DNA of 64,000 nucleotides from Candidatus Thiodiazotropha sp. (GTDB lineage Bacteria; Pseudomonadota; Gammaproteobacteria; Chromatiales; Chromatiaceae): NCBI GenBank assembly GCA_040506775.1, contig JBEVWC010000027.1, positions 159,801 to 223,800 of the forward strand, read 5' to 3'. Shown piece by piece: positions 31,686 to 41,344 of this stretch (position 1 is its first letter; each line of letters starts with the position of its first letter). The notes under the pieces were generated by a model. It saw only the letters and a program-made list of their open reading frames with translations, ran no database searches and was not told where the DNA came from. The position numbers and the translations under genes were made by a program.

Positions 31686-32336
31686 ATGCACATTCAGCGT
31701 CAGGGACAATGGGTCTTCGCAGTCGGGCTGGTCATAGTGTTGACCAGCGTGCTCTCCGGCACCCTCATCCAGGACGAACTCAAGAGCCTGGGAGACCGGG
31801 CCTTTCTCGCCAGTCACGGCGCGACAGGCTGGCTGGCCTTTCTGTCTTTCGCCTTCGGCTTTCCGCTGGGCATGGCGGTCTGCGCCACCGGTATGTTCAT
31901 GACCAGTGAGCCCGCTACCGGTAAACGCCTGCTATTCGGGTTCACCGTAATACTGGTCGCCCTGTCGGCCATACTAGTTCCAGGCATTACCGGGCGGGAA
32001 CCCAGCGCGGTTTTTTTCGGCACCGGCGGTTACATGATCCTGGCTCTGGTGCTGGCAACCCTGTGGTTCTGGGGCAGACATCGGGCCGGCCTGCCACCCG
32101 AGGCACGCCTCGGCGCGGACCTGCAGGGCGCCGGTTACCTGTGCTTCGCCATTGTCGCCTGGAACCTGTGCGGCCTGGCCGGCATGCCCTCCTTCGCCCT
32201 GGATCCGGAAAAAATGCTCGCCACGGGCAGCCGCGGCTTTGCCATCGGGCAGACGAAATCGATCATGGTGGCACTGGTAGCGGGCTGGATACTCACGGCG
32301 GCCGGCTATCGCATGTCGCTTAAGTCCTCGCACTAA
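31686..32336 (+). CDS. Hypothetical integral membrane protein (about 6 TM)
   Basis: 216-aa hydrophobic ORF with host-like codon usage. Confidence 0.65.
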   Translation: MHIQRQGQWVFAVGLVIVLTSVLSGTLIQDELKSLGDRAFLASHGATGWLAFLSFAFGFPLGMAVCATGMFMTSEPATGKRLLFGFTVILVALSAILVPGITGREPSAVFFGTGGYMILALVLATLWFWGRHRAGLPPEARLGADLQGAGYLCFAIVAWNLCGLAGMPSFALDPEKMLATGSRGFAIGQTKSIMVALVAGWILTAAGYRMSLKSSH

Positions 32337-32355
32337 CCCATTTGGAGCAGGCGAT

Positions 32356-33264
32356 ATGCAGTACAACCCGTTCCGTACTGGCAGCGACAGCAGACAAGTC
32401 CCGTTTTGGCGGATTTTCCAGACACTCCTCCTGGTGCTGTTGCTGTCAGCCTGTAGTCGTATTCAGCTGGCCTACAACAACCTCGACTGGCTGTTACCGC
32501 AATACCTCGGCTCTTACATGCCGCTGTCCGACGACCAGGACAGTATGCTGGACGCACGGGTCGAATATTTCCTGCGCTGGCATTGCAGTACCCAGGTCAC
32601 CGACTATGCGCAATTGTTCCGCGATGTCGATAGACGCTTCCGCAGTGGCGACCTGACCCGGAGCGAACTGGAAACCTTCAATGATCGGGTTCAGCAGGCC
32701 TGGGCGGGCATCCTGCAGCAGGGCAGCCCGGCGATCGGCGATATCCTGCTCACCGCGGATGACACCCAGATCAAAGAGCTCTTCGACGGCTTTGAGAAAA
32801 CCAACCGTGAATGGCTGGAGGAATTCGAAGCCACCAGTGACGAGGCGTTGCGCGATGACTACCGGGAACGCATGGACGAGGAACTGCAGCGCTGGTTCGG
32901 CAAACTCAATGAGGGGCAGGAACAGATCCTGGTCGTCTGGAGCCGGGAGTTTCAGCCGCTGGGCCTTGAGGGGCTGGACATGCGGCGGCGCTGGCAGTCA
33001 CGTCTCAGGGAGATCGTGAATGACCGCGATGACCCTGAGGTTTTCCAGCGTGAACTCGCCGAACTTCTAACCAACCCGCGCACACTGCGCACCCCCGATT
33101 ACCAAAAGCGTCTCGATCACAATCGTGACGTATCGATCGACATGATTTATGGCATCGTTCAACAACTCAGCGATGAGCAAAAGCGCCAATTGAAACGACA
33201 GGTCGAAGCCGTGGCGGGCGATTTTGAGGACCTGGCATGCAGCGTTGAACCCATAGCGTCTTGA
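32356..33264 (+). CDS. DUF6279-like lipoprotein
   Basis: Lipobox LSAC followed by LAYNNLDW and WHCSTQ; convergent on the guaA 3'-end copy. Confidence 0.72.
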   Translation: MQYNPFRTGSDSRQVPFWRIFQTLLLVLLLSACSRIQLAYNNLDWLLPQYLGSYMPLSDDQDSMLDARVEYFLRWHCSTQVTDYAQLFRDVDRRFRSGDLTRSELETFNDRVQQAWAGILQQGSPAIGDILLTADDTQIKELFDGFEKTNREWLEEFEATSDEALRDDYRERMDEELQRWFGKLNEGQEQILVVWSREFQPLGLEGLDMRRRWQSRLREIVNDRDDPEVFQRELAELLTNPRTLRTPDYQKRLDHNRDVSIDMIYGIVQQLSDEQKRQLKRQVEAVAGDFEDLACSVEPIAS

Positions 33265-33295
33265 ATTGCCGATGTTGCCAGCCAGCACCAGCCAC

Positions 33296-33324
33296 TCCCA
33301 CTCAATCGTCGCCGGCGGCTTGCT
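33296..33324 (-). repeat. Duplicated guaA 3' end (att-like scar, distal island boundary)
   Basis: Encodes [10 protein letters not shown] on the minus strand; 26/29 nt match to 41349-41377, all three mismatches at synonymous third positions; contains GAGTGGGA. Confidence 0.88.
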
Positions 33325-33334
33325 CGGTATCTCC

Positions 33335-33433
33335 GGGGTCGGAGTCGAATCGAGAACGGAGTGGTTGGCTTGATGAATGCACTTGGCTATTTTCGAGATG
33401 ATTCACGGCCTGAGCACTCTCGACTCCGACCCC
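33335..33433. repeat. 99-bp TIR-bounded palindromic element, type B, copy 1
   Basis: Same 14-bp TIRs as type A with a different interior; part of a 118-bp direct repeat (33327-33444 and 33596-33713, one mismatch). Confidence 0.95.
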
Positions 33434-33447
33434 TCCAGCAATCACCC

Positions 33448-34200
33448 CTAGTGTGGATCTGCACCCCCAACCAACTTTGCCACCTTAAGCAAAAAATCCG
33501 CTTGACCGATCCCGATACCCTTTTCAGTTCCACGGCGGATCTCCGACAGCACCTTACGCGATACCGTCTGCTCGAATAACGCGAGATAAGGTGTTGTATC
33601 TCCGGGGTCGGAGTCGAATCGAGAACGGAGTGGTTGGCTTGATGAATGCACTTGGCTATTTTCGAGATGATTCGCGGCCTGAGCACTCTCGACTCCGACC
33701 CCTCCAGCAATCAAGTCCAAATAATTTCTATGAGGAGTCACCAGACCATCGGGTTTCCCCAATGCATTAGCATGAAAACTGGAATAAGGATAATCCTCCG
33801 GCCGTCGTGCGATACCGGCACGTACCGGATTCAATTCGATATAGCGGTAGCAGGCCAGAAGATAGCGGTCGGTGTCCACCAGGCCCGATTTATAGCGTCC
33901 CTCCCACAAGGAACCGCTGCGGTGGTAACTGCGATTGAAATACTGGGCATAGCGCCTGCCCACTGACTGCATGGCCCGGGGCAAGGAGTGCTCTTCCTTG
34001 GGTGTCACAAGAAGGTGGATATGGTTATGCATCAACACCCAAGCATGCACCGCCAGCGAGTTGTGCTCGGCCGCTTCCCGCAGACATCGATAGAGAAAGC
34101 GAAAATCTTCGTGGCGAGCAAGAATCGGATCACGGTTGTGCCCGCACACCACCACATGCTGTGGCTGATCCGGCAGGAATATGCGGGGTTTTCTTGGCAT
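33448..34200 (-). CDS. REP-associated tyrosine transposase (RAYT, Y1 HUH family)
   Basis: AAGGAGG RBS before ATG 34200; HUH motif MHNHIHLL, LWEGRYKS and catalytic YIELNPVRAG, DYPYSS. Confidence 0.92.
   Translation of the reverse strand: MPRKPRIFLPDQPQHVVVCGHNRDPILARHEDFRFLYRCLREAAEHNSLAVHAWVLMHNHIHLLVTPKEEHSLPRAMQSVGRRYAQYFNRSYHRSGSLWEGRYKSGLVDTDRYLLACYRYIELNPVRAGIARRPEDYPYSSFHANALGKPDGLVTPHRNYLDLIAGGVGVESAQAANHLENSQVHSSSQPLRSRFDSDPGDTTPYLALFEQTVSRKVLSEIRRGTEKGIGIGQADFLLKVAKLVGGADPH
33604..33702. repeat. 99-bp TIR-bounded palindromic element, type B, copy 2, inside the RAYT reading frame
   Basis: Near-identical to 33335-33433; read in frame as GVGVESAQAANHLENSQVHSSSQPLRSRFDSDP. Confidence 0.93.
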
Positions 34201-34229
34201 GACAACCTCCTTGTTGTCTATTGATTTCC

Positions 34230-34328
34230 AGGGTCGGAGTCGAATCAAGAACGGAGTGATTTGCCCACAACACGCTCATGTCTGTTGTCGAGGTGATGCG
34301 CGATGCAGGCACTCTCGACTCCGACCCC
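34230..34328. repeat. 99-bp TIR-bounded palindromic element, type A, copy 3, upstream of RAYT
   Basis: Highly similar to 4682-4779; same position relative to the RAYT start codon. Confidence 0.93.
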
Positions 34329-34665
34329 TTTGCCATTGTGACACCGGGACCTTTCTATATCAATTCATCATGAATCAACAGCTTAGGCTATCTTGACTCT
34401 GCCCCCTGATGATTCGCGTTGAAAGCAAGAACTTCCCGTTTATCCAACTTTGATATTGAAGGTGAATAGGAATTGAGGTCAATGCTTGTTCCTTATGCTT
34501 TCCGTTAATCATCGAATGGACAATATTGGGTTTGGCTTGTAAATACAGCATGTTCCATACTGCACTGTGTCAGCGGATTTGTGCTAATTTAAAATAGGTA
34601 GTTCGCTGGATTTCAATAGATCGAAGTCTGTTTTCGGTTGAACATAAAGATAATGGAGGTGTCAC

Positions 34666-35196
34666 ATGGGCACTACATGGAACGTCAGAATCTATTCTCA
34701 ACCCGATCTGAATACCTGCTGGCGAGCTTCGTTACGAGTGATGCTTGCCTGGCATACGGGGCAGCACATCACTGATATAGACTGGGAACGCCGCTGCAGG
34801 ATCTTGTTGATGCCGATATTTGGCAGCAGCCGTAGCGGATTGGCGGATTTTCAAGTGGATATGGTAGCAAGAAGAATCAGTCTTCGTAGTAACGTGGAGA
34901 ACAGTCTGCAAAACTTCAAGACCCATCTGGACAAGGGGCCCGTCATGTTCAACCTACATGGCATGCCTTTCGGGCACATGGTCGTCGCCTTCAGTTCTCG
35001 TTTTTCTTCCCCACCCGCAGCAAAGAGCTACAGAGCGGGAAACAGATATCTGCCAGTGAAAGACGAATATTTCGAGGTTGCCGACCCATGTGCTACAGGC
35101 TATCCGCCGGGCCCCTGTCGGGGTGGTACCCGCATGGTGTCCGCCTCCCAAGTTGAGGCATCGATCAAGCAAGGTTATATTTGGTACTGGAATTGA
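34666..35196 (+). CDS. Papain-like cysteine protease (AvrRpt2/C39-like fold)
   Basis: GGAGG RBS; YSQ...TCW (oxyanion Gln, catalytic Cys), GHMVV (His) and VADP (Asp). Confidence 0.7.
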   Translation: MGTTWNVRIYSQPDLNTCWRASLRVMLAWHTGQHITDIDWERRCRILLMPIFGSSRSGLADFQVDMVARRISLRSNVENSLQNFKTHLDKGPVMFNLHGMPFGHMVVAFSSRFSSPPAAKSYRAGNRYLPVKDEYFEVADPCATGYPPGPCRGGTRMVSASQVEASIKQGYIWYWN

Positions 35197-35449
35197 TTGT
35201 AGCTAGTCTGAAACACCCGCGTTTTTTCTCGTTCTTTCAGACTCCATCCATTCAGCACAGAGTTAACAAGTTGCCACTGGTTCCCATGGCTATTGGATGC
35301 CTTGCTGCAGGCAGGCACACAGTGGCTGAACGTAACATACTTGGTCGCGGAGTTAACACAACCATTTATGCAACATTTGGGTTTATAGGGTAACTTGTTA
35401 GGGTATGACGACTGAACCCAATAGATTTTGCACTAGGTATCAATATTTT

Positions 35450-38400
35450 CTACTGAGAAGCCTTATTCGCAGCCTCCCAATCCTCAAACCAAACCGGCGT
35501 GGTTCCGCTATATTCAAAATAATAGGATTTTCCTGTAGAAAGTGGACTATTTACCGAGTAACCACTTAAAAATACTTTTTTCTCAGACAACTTGGTTACA
35601 GGTAATAAATTCTCCGGCATTAGTGCAAGTGGTGCATCGTACCAGTTGGTTGAAAAGGATTTTCCATTGACCTTGACGATTCGGACTGCTTCTGCCCATT
35701 TGGTTGAAGCAGATAGCATTTGTTTTCGCGAATCCAGGGGGCATGCATAAATCCAGTCTGCCGTGCTTAAGTTCCCCGGCCCAGGCTTTGAGAGTATGAC
35801 CTTGCCGCCCTCGTTAAAAATATCATCGTAACCGTCATCGAGTAGATCGGTGATAGCGACCGCTTGATTGGTTTCTTTTGTACCGACGCGAATCGTCCAT
35901 GCTATTGCAATGTTTTTATTAGGCTGTCCTGACTGCTCTGGCAGTGCACTGGTGATAACAACGGCAACGGGGACGGATTTATTCTGACCGGTTGCACCGA
36001 ACTGTTTCATGAGATTGTGCTTTGGATCGGCCTTTTCCTCTGTCGTGATTGCTTGCGTATTTCCATAGAAAAATGCGGTTCTCGGTAACAATGTTTGCCA
36101 TGCCAGGCAGCGTATGTTTTGACGAGTCTCGCGTTCGATACTGATGTATCGTGACTGCAAGCTATTTTGTTGTACATTATTATCATCCACATCCGGCATT
36201 AGCGATATATTATTTACCGTTGTGTTGAACGGTTTTTCAGGATTACTAAACAAGTTTTCCGCCTGTAAACATTTTGATCGCGCGTCCGGGTTGGACAAGC
36301 ATAGATGTTTACTGAAGCGTAGGGATTGCCGTTGAACATTAAAGGCCTCTATATAGCTATTTTCCATATCTTTAATTGATCGCAAGGCCTCAAATGTTTT
36401 ATAGGCGGGGTTGTCGATCATGCTGGGTGGAGTCGGCGCGCGACTGATCAAACCGGTAACATAGTTAGCAATATTCCATATTGTTGCCGCCACCGGTACT
36501 TCAGAAACCACAGCCGCGACACCGGAAACTGTTGTTTGCGCAGGACTGGATCCTGGTATCCCGTTATCACCCTGACTGATCTTTGGCTTATCCAAACCGC
36601 CATTTCTTAATCTTAACGCCGTTTCGAATTTATTAAGATCTGATAAAGAGTGCTTTTGCACGTCGCTTGTTAAATCAAAGGCCGTTTCGGTGAGTTGCGA
36701 GATCGCACTCCTCTCTCCAACGGCTAGGGATAATTTTTCTTCTATATCGATCAAGTCAGACGCTGATGGTCTAGGCGCCAGTGAACCGGATTGTTTAATT
36801 GCCGGCGTTTGATAAAAACGCAAATCACCGCTCTTCAATGCTGCCCATACACCGGCTTTAGACCCTGTCGCCGCAGTGATATCATTGCCTAGTTCGATCC
36901 AGCGTATTTTTGCGATATCGTTATAGGCTTTCGCTACTGGATCACCAATTGGGAGATTTTTCAGAGGCTTTTTCTCTTTATTCGCTTTCTCAATGAGTTG
37001 ATTAAATTCAATCCGCCAATCTTCGAGTTGTCTGTCAGCACGTGATCTTGCAAGTGCATTCGCATTGTAATCATAAACACGCTCATCTGTATCGAGTGCG
37101 TAAAACAAAGTGTCCTGATCATTCAGGCCATAGACCAGTTGACCATCGCCAGCAAAAAACCCTGAAACAAATCGACTGGTGGTTAGTGGATCACTTTTAC
37201 GTGATAATTGTCCGTAATTCCCCAGATCGTTGAACAATGCGATAGATCCTGAACGCCATAGGTTGAGTTCTGCTTGTTGCCACAATGCAAACTCCAGTGC
37301 ATCACGTTTGAGTGGATTGGAGATCCTAAGATCATCAGGCAAAACAGCCAGCACGCGCATTTGTGTTACTTGTTTGTTATCTGGGAATTTTCCTGCTACT
37401 TTACGTATCGCAAAATCAGCAAATGTCTTGCTATCAGCATTCCATTCCATCGCTGAACTCTCTTCGACCAGTGGCATTTTAACTGCATAGATATCCTTCT
37501 TCGACTTTAGCTCGTCAAAAGACAAAGTACTGACCTTGCCATTCCTCAACAATACGTGGACTTGGTTTGGCTCTGACAAATCGGACCGAAAACTAACTAC
37601 TGGATGTAACTTCTGCTTTTCACTCAACCACACATAGTCATGGAGTTCTGAATCCGTTATTGTCTTGGACACTCGCTCCAAGTACTGCCTTAACATTTTT
37701 TCTGTATTCTTATCATCAAAACCCTGATCACGCGCGATTTGCTTTCTATCTTCATCAAACCGATCATCATTCCGTGCTATAGCATTCCAAACACTGCCAC
37801 CATCCACTGAATAGAGAATGCTGCCTCCTGCATTGTCCAAACCGATTAAGCCATTCGCCACATAGGCAACGCTATTGGAATCGAGTTTTACTGATTGATC
37901 ATTCAGTTTAGGTTCACGTCGGGTCCAGGCAGATTGCGCAGTATTTGAAACAGTTGTTGTCCATAATACGCCGCTTCCATCAAAAACATAGACATCAGCA
38001 GAATTCATTTTCCCATTTATGTTTGAGCCTGGTATGTATGTGTTACCCGGTTTTACGATCAGACGCTTGATTGTGCCCATTTCAGTACCGTTAACGGTCG
38101 GGCGGTTCACTTCAACATACCTTGGCTCGAAATCGGACCCCATGGTCATACCACTACCGTGAAGATGTATCCTGTTCCAAGCATCTTGATACCGTTTGTT
38201 GAACATGTCATCAGACAAACCGGCAAAGTCTACTTCAAAGTGTTGACCATAGATTCGTTTATAGTAGTCATAGGCCTCTTTTTCTGAGAGAGTGAGGTTC
38301 TTGAGTACGATTGGCTTGCCGTCATTCAGTGCTTTGATGTCGCTAACCGGTATCGACAATTTTTCGGCCAGTATAGAAGCTTGATCAGATAACAACGCTT

Positions 38401-38515
38401 TATAGGTAATCCCACCTACTTCCGCTCTCCCCTCTACTTTTGATTCTTCTGCTTGTGCTGACGTGATACTGATTAAAGATGAGATCCCAATAAGGGTGGT
38501 AAGCAATGTTTTCAA
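35450..38515 (-). CDS. Large secreted hypothetical protein, 1021 aa
   Basis: Long AT-rich ORF; Sec signal MKTLLTTLIGISSLISITSAQA; Asp-box-like YSVDGGSVW; no recognisable catalytic motif. Confidence 0.85.
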   Translation of the reverse strand: MKTLLTTLIGISSLISITSAQAEESKVEGRAEVGGITYKALLSDQASILAEKLSIPVSDIKALNDGKPIVLKNLTLSEKEAYDYYKRIYGQHFEVDFAGLSDDMFNKRYQDAWNRIHLHGSGMTMGSDFEPRYVEVNRPTVNGTEMGTIKRLIVKPGNTYIPGSNINGKMNSADVYVFDGSGVLWTTTVSNTAQSAWTRREPKLNDQSVKLDSNSVAYVANGLIGLDNAGGSILYSVDGGSVWNAIARNDDRFDEDRKQIARDQGFDDKNTEKMLRQYLERVSKTITDSELHDYVWLSEKQKLHPVVSFRSDLSEPNQVHVLLRNGKVSTLSFDELKSKKDIYAVKMPLVEESSAMEWNADSKTFADFAIRKVAGKFPDNKQVTQMRVLAVLPDDLRISNPLKRDALEFALWQQAELNLWRSGSIALFNDLGNYGQLSRKSDPLTTSRFVSGFFAGDGQLVYGLNDQDTLFYALDTDERVYDYNANALARSRADRQLEDWRIEFNQLIEKANKEKKPLKNLPIGDPVAKAYNDIAKIRWIELGNDITAATGSKAGVWAALKSGDLRFYQTPAIKQSGSLAPRPSASDLIDIEEKLSLAVGERSAISQLTETAFDLTSDVQKHSLSDLNKFETALRLRNGGLDKPKISQGDNGIPGSSPAQTTVSGVAAVVSEVPVAATIWNIANYVTGLISRAPTPPSMIDNPAYKTFEALRSIKDMENSYIEAFNVQRQSLRFSKHLCLSNPDARSKCLQAENLFSNPEKPFNTTVNNISLMPDVDDNNVQQNSLQSRYISIERETRQNIRCLAWQTLLPRTAFFYGNTQAITTEEKADPKHNLMKQFGATGQNKSVPVAVVITSALPEQSGQPNKNIAIAWTIRVGTKETNQAVAITDLLDDGYDDIFNEGGKVILSKPGPGNLSTADWIYACPLDSRKQMLSASTKWAEAVRIVKVNGKSFSTNWYDAPLALMPENLLPVTKLSEKKVFLSGYSVNSPLSTGKSYYFEYSGTTPVWFEDWEAANKASQ

Positions 38516-39349
38516 TTGATAAGTATCCCTTGTTTTGACTCAGTTTAATCATGCCTGGATACCGCAAACGTGTTTTAGCTGTGGGTGATACCGGTTATTG
38601 AGAAATACTGGCACCAGAGTTATTTTGCTTTACCATGGCATAGTGTCAAATTGAGTATACAGCAAATTACAAAGTGTTCTAATGAGACAATAACCACATA
38701 AAGTTTAGTTATTGTGAATTGATAATTAAGTAGACCAGCACATCTTTAACCGATAAATTAATAAGTTCCTTAAATGGCACCAGACCTTATCTGATAGACA
38801 TCCCGGGTTTTTTCCATCATAGCCCATAACCTTATCCACACTACGGTCGAGCATAAGAACGACAAACGCCTTTCTTTGGCAAGACCACTACCGTCTGGTT
38901 ACCGCTGAACACTCGACAGCCATTCAAACCCTCCCGAATCTGTCTGTCAGGTAACCTCTAGCGTTTAAAACTTACCCTTTTAACTTCATGGTCGACCAAT
39001 CACTGTTTTTTCCTCAGTGGTACACCCTGCTGCGTCACAGAGAGCGGCTCTTTTGATTTGAACTATTGATTTCGGGGTCTTGAATCAAACAGCCATGGCC
39101 GCATCCTGGCATCTGGTGACGAACTCTCAGCTAGCGCCCTGGGTTCATTGGCTTCCAGCCTGGAAAACATCCAGGCCTTGGAATCACACACGCAAGAGAC
39201 TCCCAGAGCAGCGATCAACTTCCCATACGGACGGATACTTGAAAACCCACCCCAACAAGCCGGAGTGCCATGACTATGAAAATCACTTAGAATGTGCGTG
39301 CAGGTAGCAGTAAAGAGCAGAACCGGGTTGTGCAATATTCGCCCGAATA

Positions 39350-40636
39350 CTAAATTACCAACGAGGGTATAATATTCTGTAAATCCGGCGACATATTACT
39401 TCTGATCAGATTCGCATAAGCATTAATATCATGATCTCCCAATTCCGGAATAAGGAAGGGTGTTGGCGGCATACCTGGGGTTGCAACTCCATCCCCACCA
39501 ATATAATTCGAAATACCTACGTGACCATAACCCGGTAGAGGGAGGCCCGGAGCCCAGTCACGATGATTGACCCAGCGTTGAGTGAGGCTCCCCAAACCCG
39601 CTTCATCATAGACATTCGTAAAAGTACCCCAGGAAACAGGTGGGCAACCATAGGTATACACATTATGCACCTCATGATCATTCATCAGCTGCAGACGTAA
39701 CGCCATAATGACCGCCAGCGCGCCTCCCAGACTGTGCCCGGTTATGAATAACGGTTGACTGCTGCTCGAACGTTGATCACGAATCGCATTGATAATCGCT
39801 TCATAGTTTACATTGATCGATCCGAGAAAACCGGGATGGGTCATTGCCCCGATCGGAGCCCAGAGAATCTGCGTAGGCGCAGCAAGTTTCGTAAAATTCA
39901 ATGTCCAGTCATGCGCATTCAGTTGGGTTCCCCGAAAGGCAAGCAGGATAAAATCGTCATTCGACAATACCATGGCCTGCAAACCCGTATTTATTTTTAT
40001 GATTCCATCATCAGAGATCAGTTTAAGATTCATTGGCGGCCGTACCAGCGGCTCGAAACGTTCTTTCAAATCAGCCTCAAACTCGTCCCCCGCGTTGTTT
40101 TCAAGCATCCAATCGCCATATATGTAAAGTGAAGCAATTGCCAGCAGGTACGAGTTCTGCCAGCTATGCGCAGATACGTTGAGTTGAAGATTGTCGTAAA
40201 CATAGTCCTGCGTCGATTGCGGGCGACCATCATCCTGTCCGGACTGTTGATCGTTATCGACGACTCCACAACATATCTCCTCGCCTTCTCCTACTGGCTC
40301 TTCATCTGTAACGACGCCTGAGCTACTCGGGTAGTTTTCATTGTATAAAACATAAACGGGTTTCTCGTTACGCAGCAGATCGAGGATCTTTTCATATTGG
40401 TTACTTGGTAAAAATATAAACAGTCGGTTGAGTGTATTTGACTTCAAGTTGGAGGGGGCATTCGTAATGTCATTCATGAAAAAGATGAATGCTTGCCAGT
40501 TCCCCCCATCTGGCATAGCAACATCCTTGCCATAAACAATTATTTCTTCCTGCCATTGCACGGTAGTTGTTGAAATCGTTGAATGGTTGTTTCTTGAAAT
40601 GGTGACCCTGTATTTTTCTGCTTTAATTTTTATCAT
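39350..40636 (-). CDS. Class 3 lipase with an unknown N-terminal domain
   Basis: AFRGT, HPGF, TGHSLGGALA, YTYGCP, VNHRD and DHD triad motifs; ~120-aa N-terminal module ending LLRNEKPVY...EEPVGEGE. Confidence 0.85.
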   Translation of the reverse strand: MIKIKAEKYRVTISRNNHSTISTTTVQWQEEIIVYGKDVAMPDGGNWQAFIFFMNDITNAPSNLKSNTLNRLFIFLPSNQYEKILDLLRNEKPVYVLYNENYPSSSGVVTDEEPVGEGEEICCGVVDNDQQSGQDDGRPQSTQDYVYDNLQLNVSAHSWQNSYLLAIASLYIYGDWMLENNAGDEFEADLKERFEPLVRPPMNLKLISDDGIIKINTGLQAMVLSNDDFILLAFRGTQLNAHDWTLNFTKLAAPTQILWAPIGAMTHPGFLGSINVNYEAIINAIRDQRSSSSQPLFITGHSLGGALAVIMALRLQLMNDHEVHNVYTYGCPPVSWGTFTNVYDEAGLGSLTQRWVNHRDWAPGLPLPGYGHVGISNYIGGDGVATPGMPPTPFLIPELGDHDINAYANLIRSNMSPDLQNIIPSLVI

Positions 40637-41344
40637 ATTCTTTATCCTCTCTTTGCTTAGAGTAATGAGTCCTTCGCAAATCCATACAAACCCACCTTTA
40701 TATCCTTATTACCATTTCGTAACTTTTTTCTCTCAAACGTATTGATAGCTAACCCGGTGACATATCAGTTATATGTTCAAATTTAGAATAGATGTTGGCG
40801 TGTTTTTTTAACACTATGATAATCATGGTATTTAAAAGAGCATCCTTAATTCACGAATATTGAGTTCGCGCATATCCACTTCCTATCTCTCTCCCATAGG
40901 CGAGGTAATCGTCCTTGGTTGATTTACAGACGATCTTGCATACAATGATCCTGTTTCCAGTTTGGTTTAACGGTAAAACCGGGCAATCGCAAACAAAATA
41001 TAATGGTGATGCGTAATCGATATTAGTAGTACGAATACAGATAATTTTGACTACTGCCATAACGGCTCAAGCGGGAAGAGTGCCCCCCCTGATCTGGACC
41101 CAGTCTATGATCTGATCAGAACTGATAATTTTTCATCACCTCAACGATGAAGACTATCGATCAAAAAGGCCAGATGTGATGCGAATGGGAAGACGTTGCG
41201 AATTCCGAGGTATACTCATCGACGAGTTGATAGGAAGGGGTTTGCACTGAACGATCGTGCTGGTCACCACATCTGGCATGATTCGCTTCCTTGCGAAACT
41301 TCTTTTTTGTTCAGTCTGTCATTCAGCCAGTGCCAGACGTGGAG

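Noticed and set aside
40851-41060. 69-aa ORF near the guaA end of the island as a possible integrase or excisionase remnant
   Set aside because: No tyrosine-recombinase (R-H-R-Y) or AlpA/Xis HTH signature.
41085-41105. GAGTGCCCCCCCTGATCTGGACCC resembling an IS3/IS150-type inverted repeat
   Set aside because: No terminal TG, no partner repeat and no transposase remnant seen.
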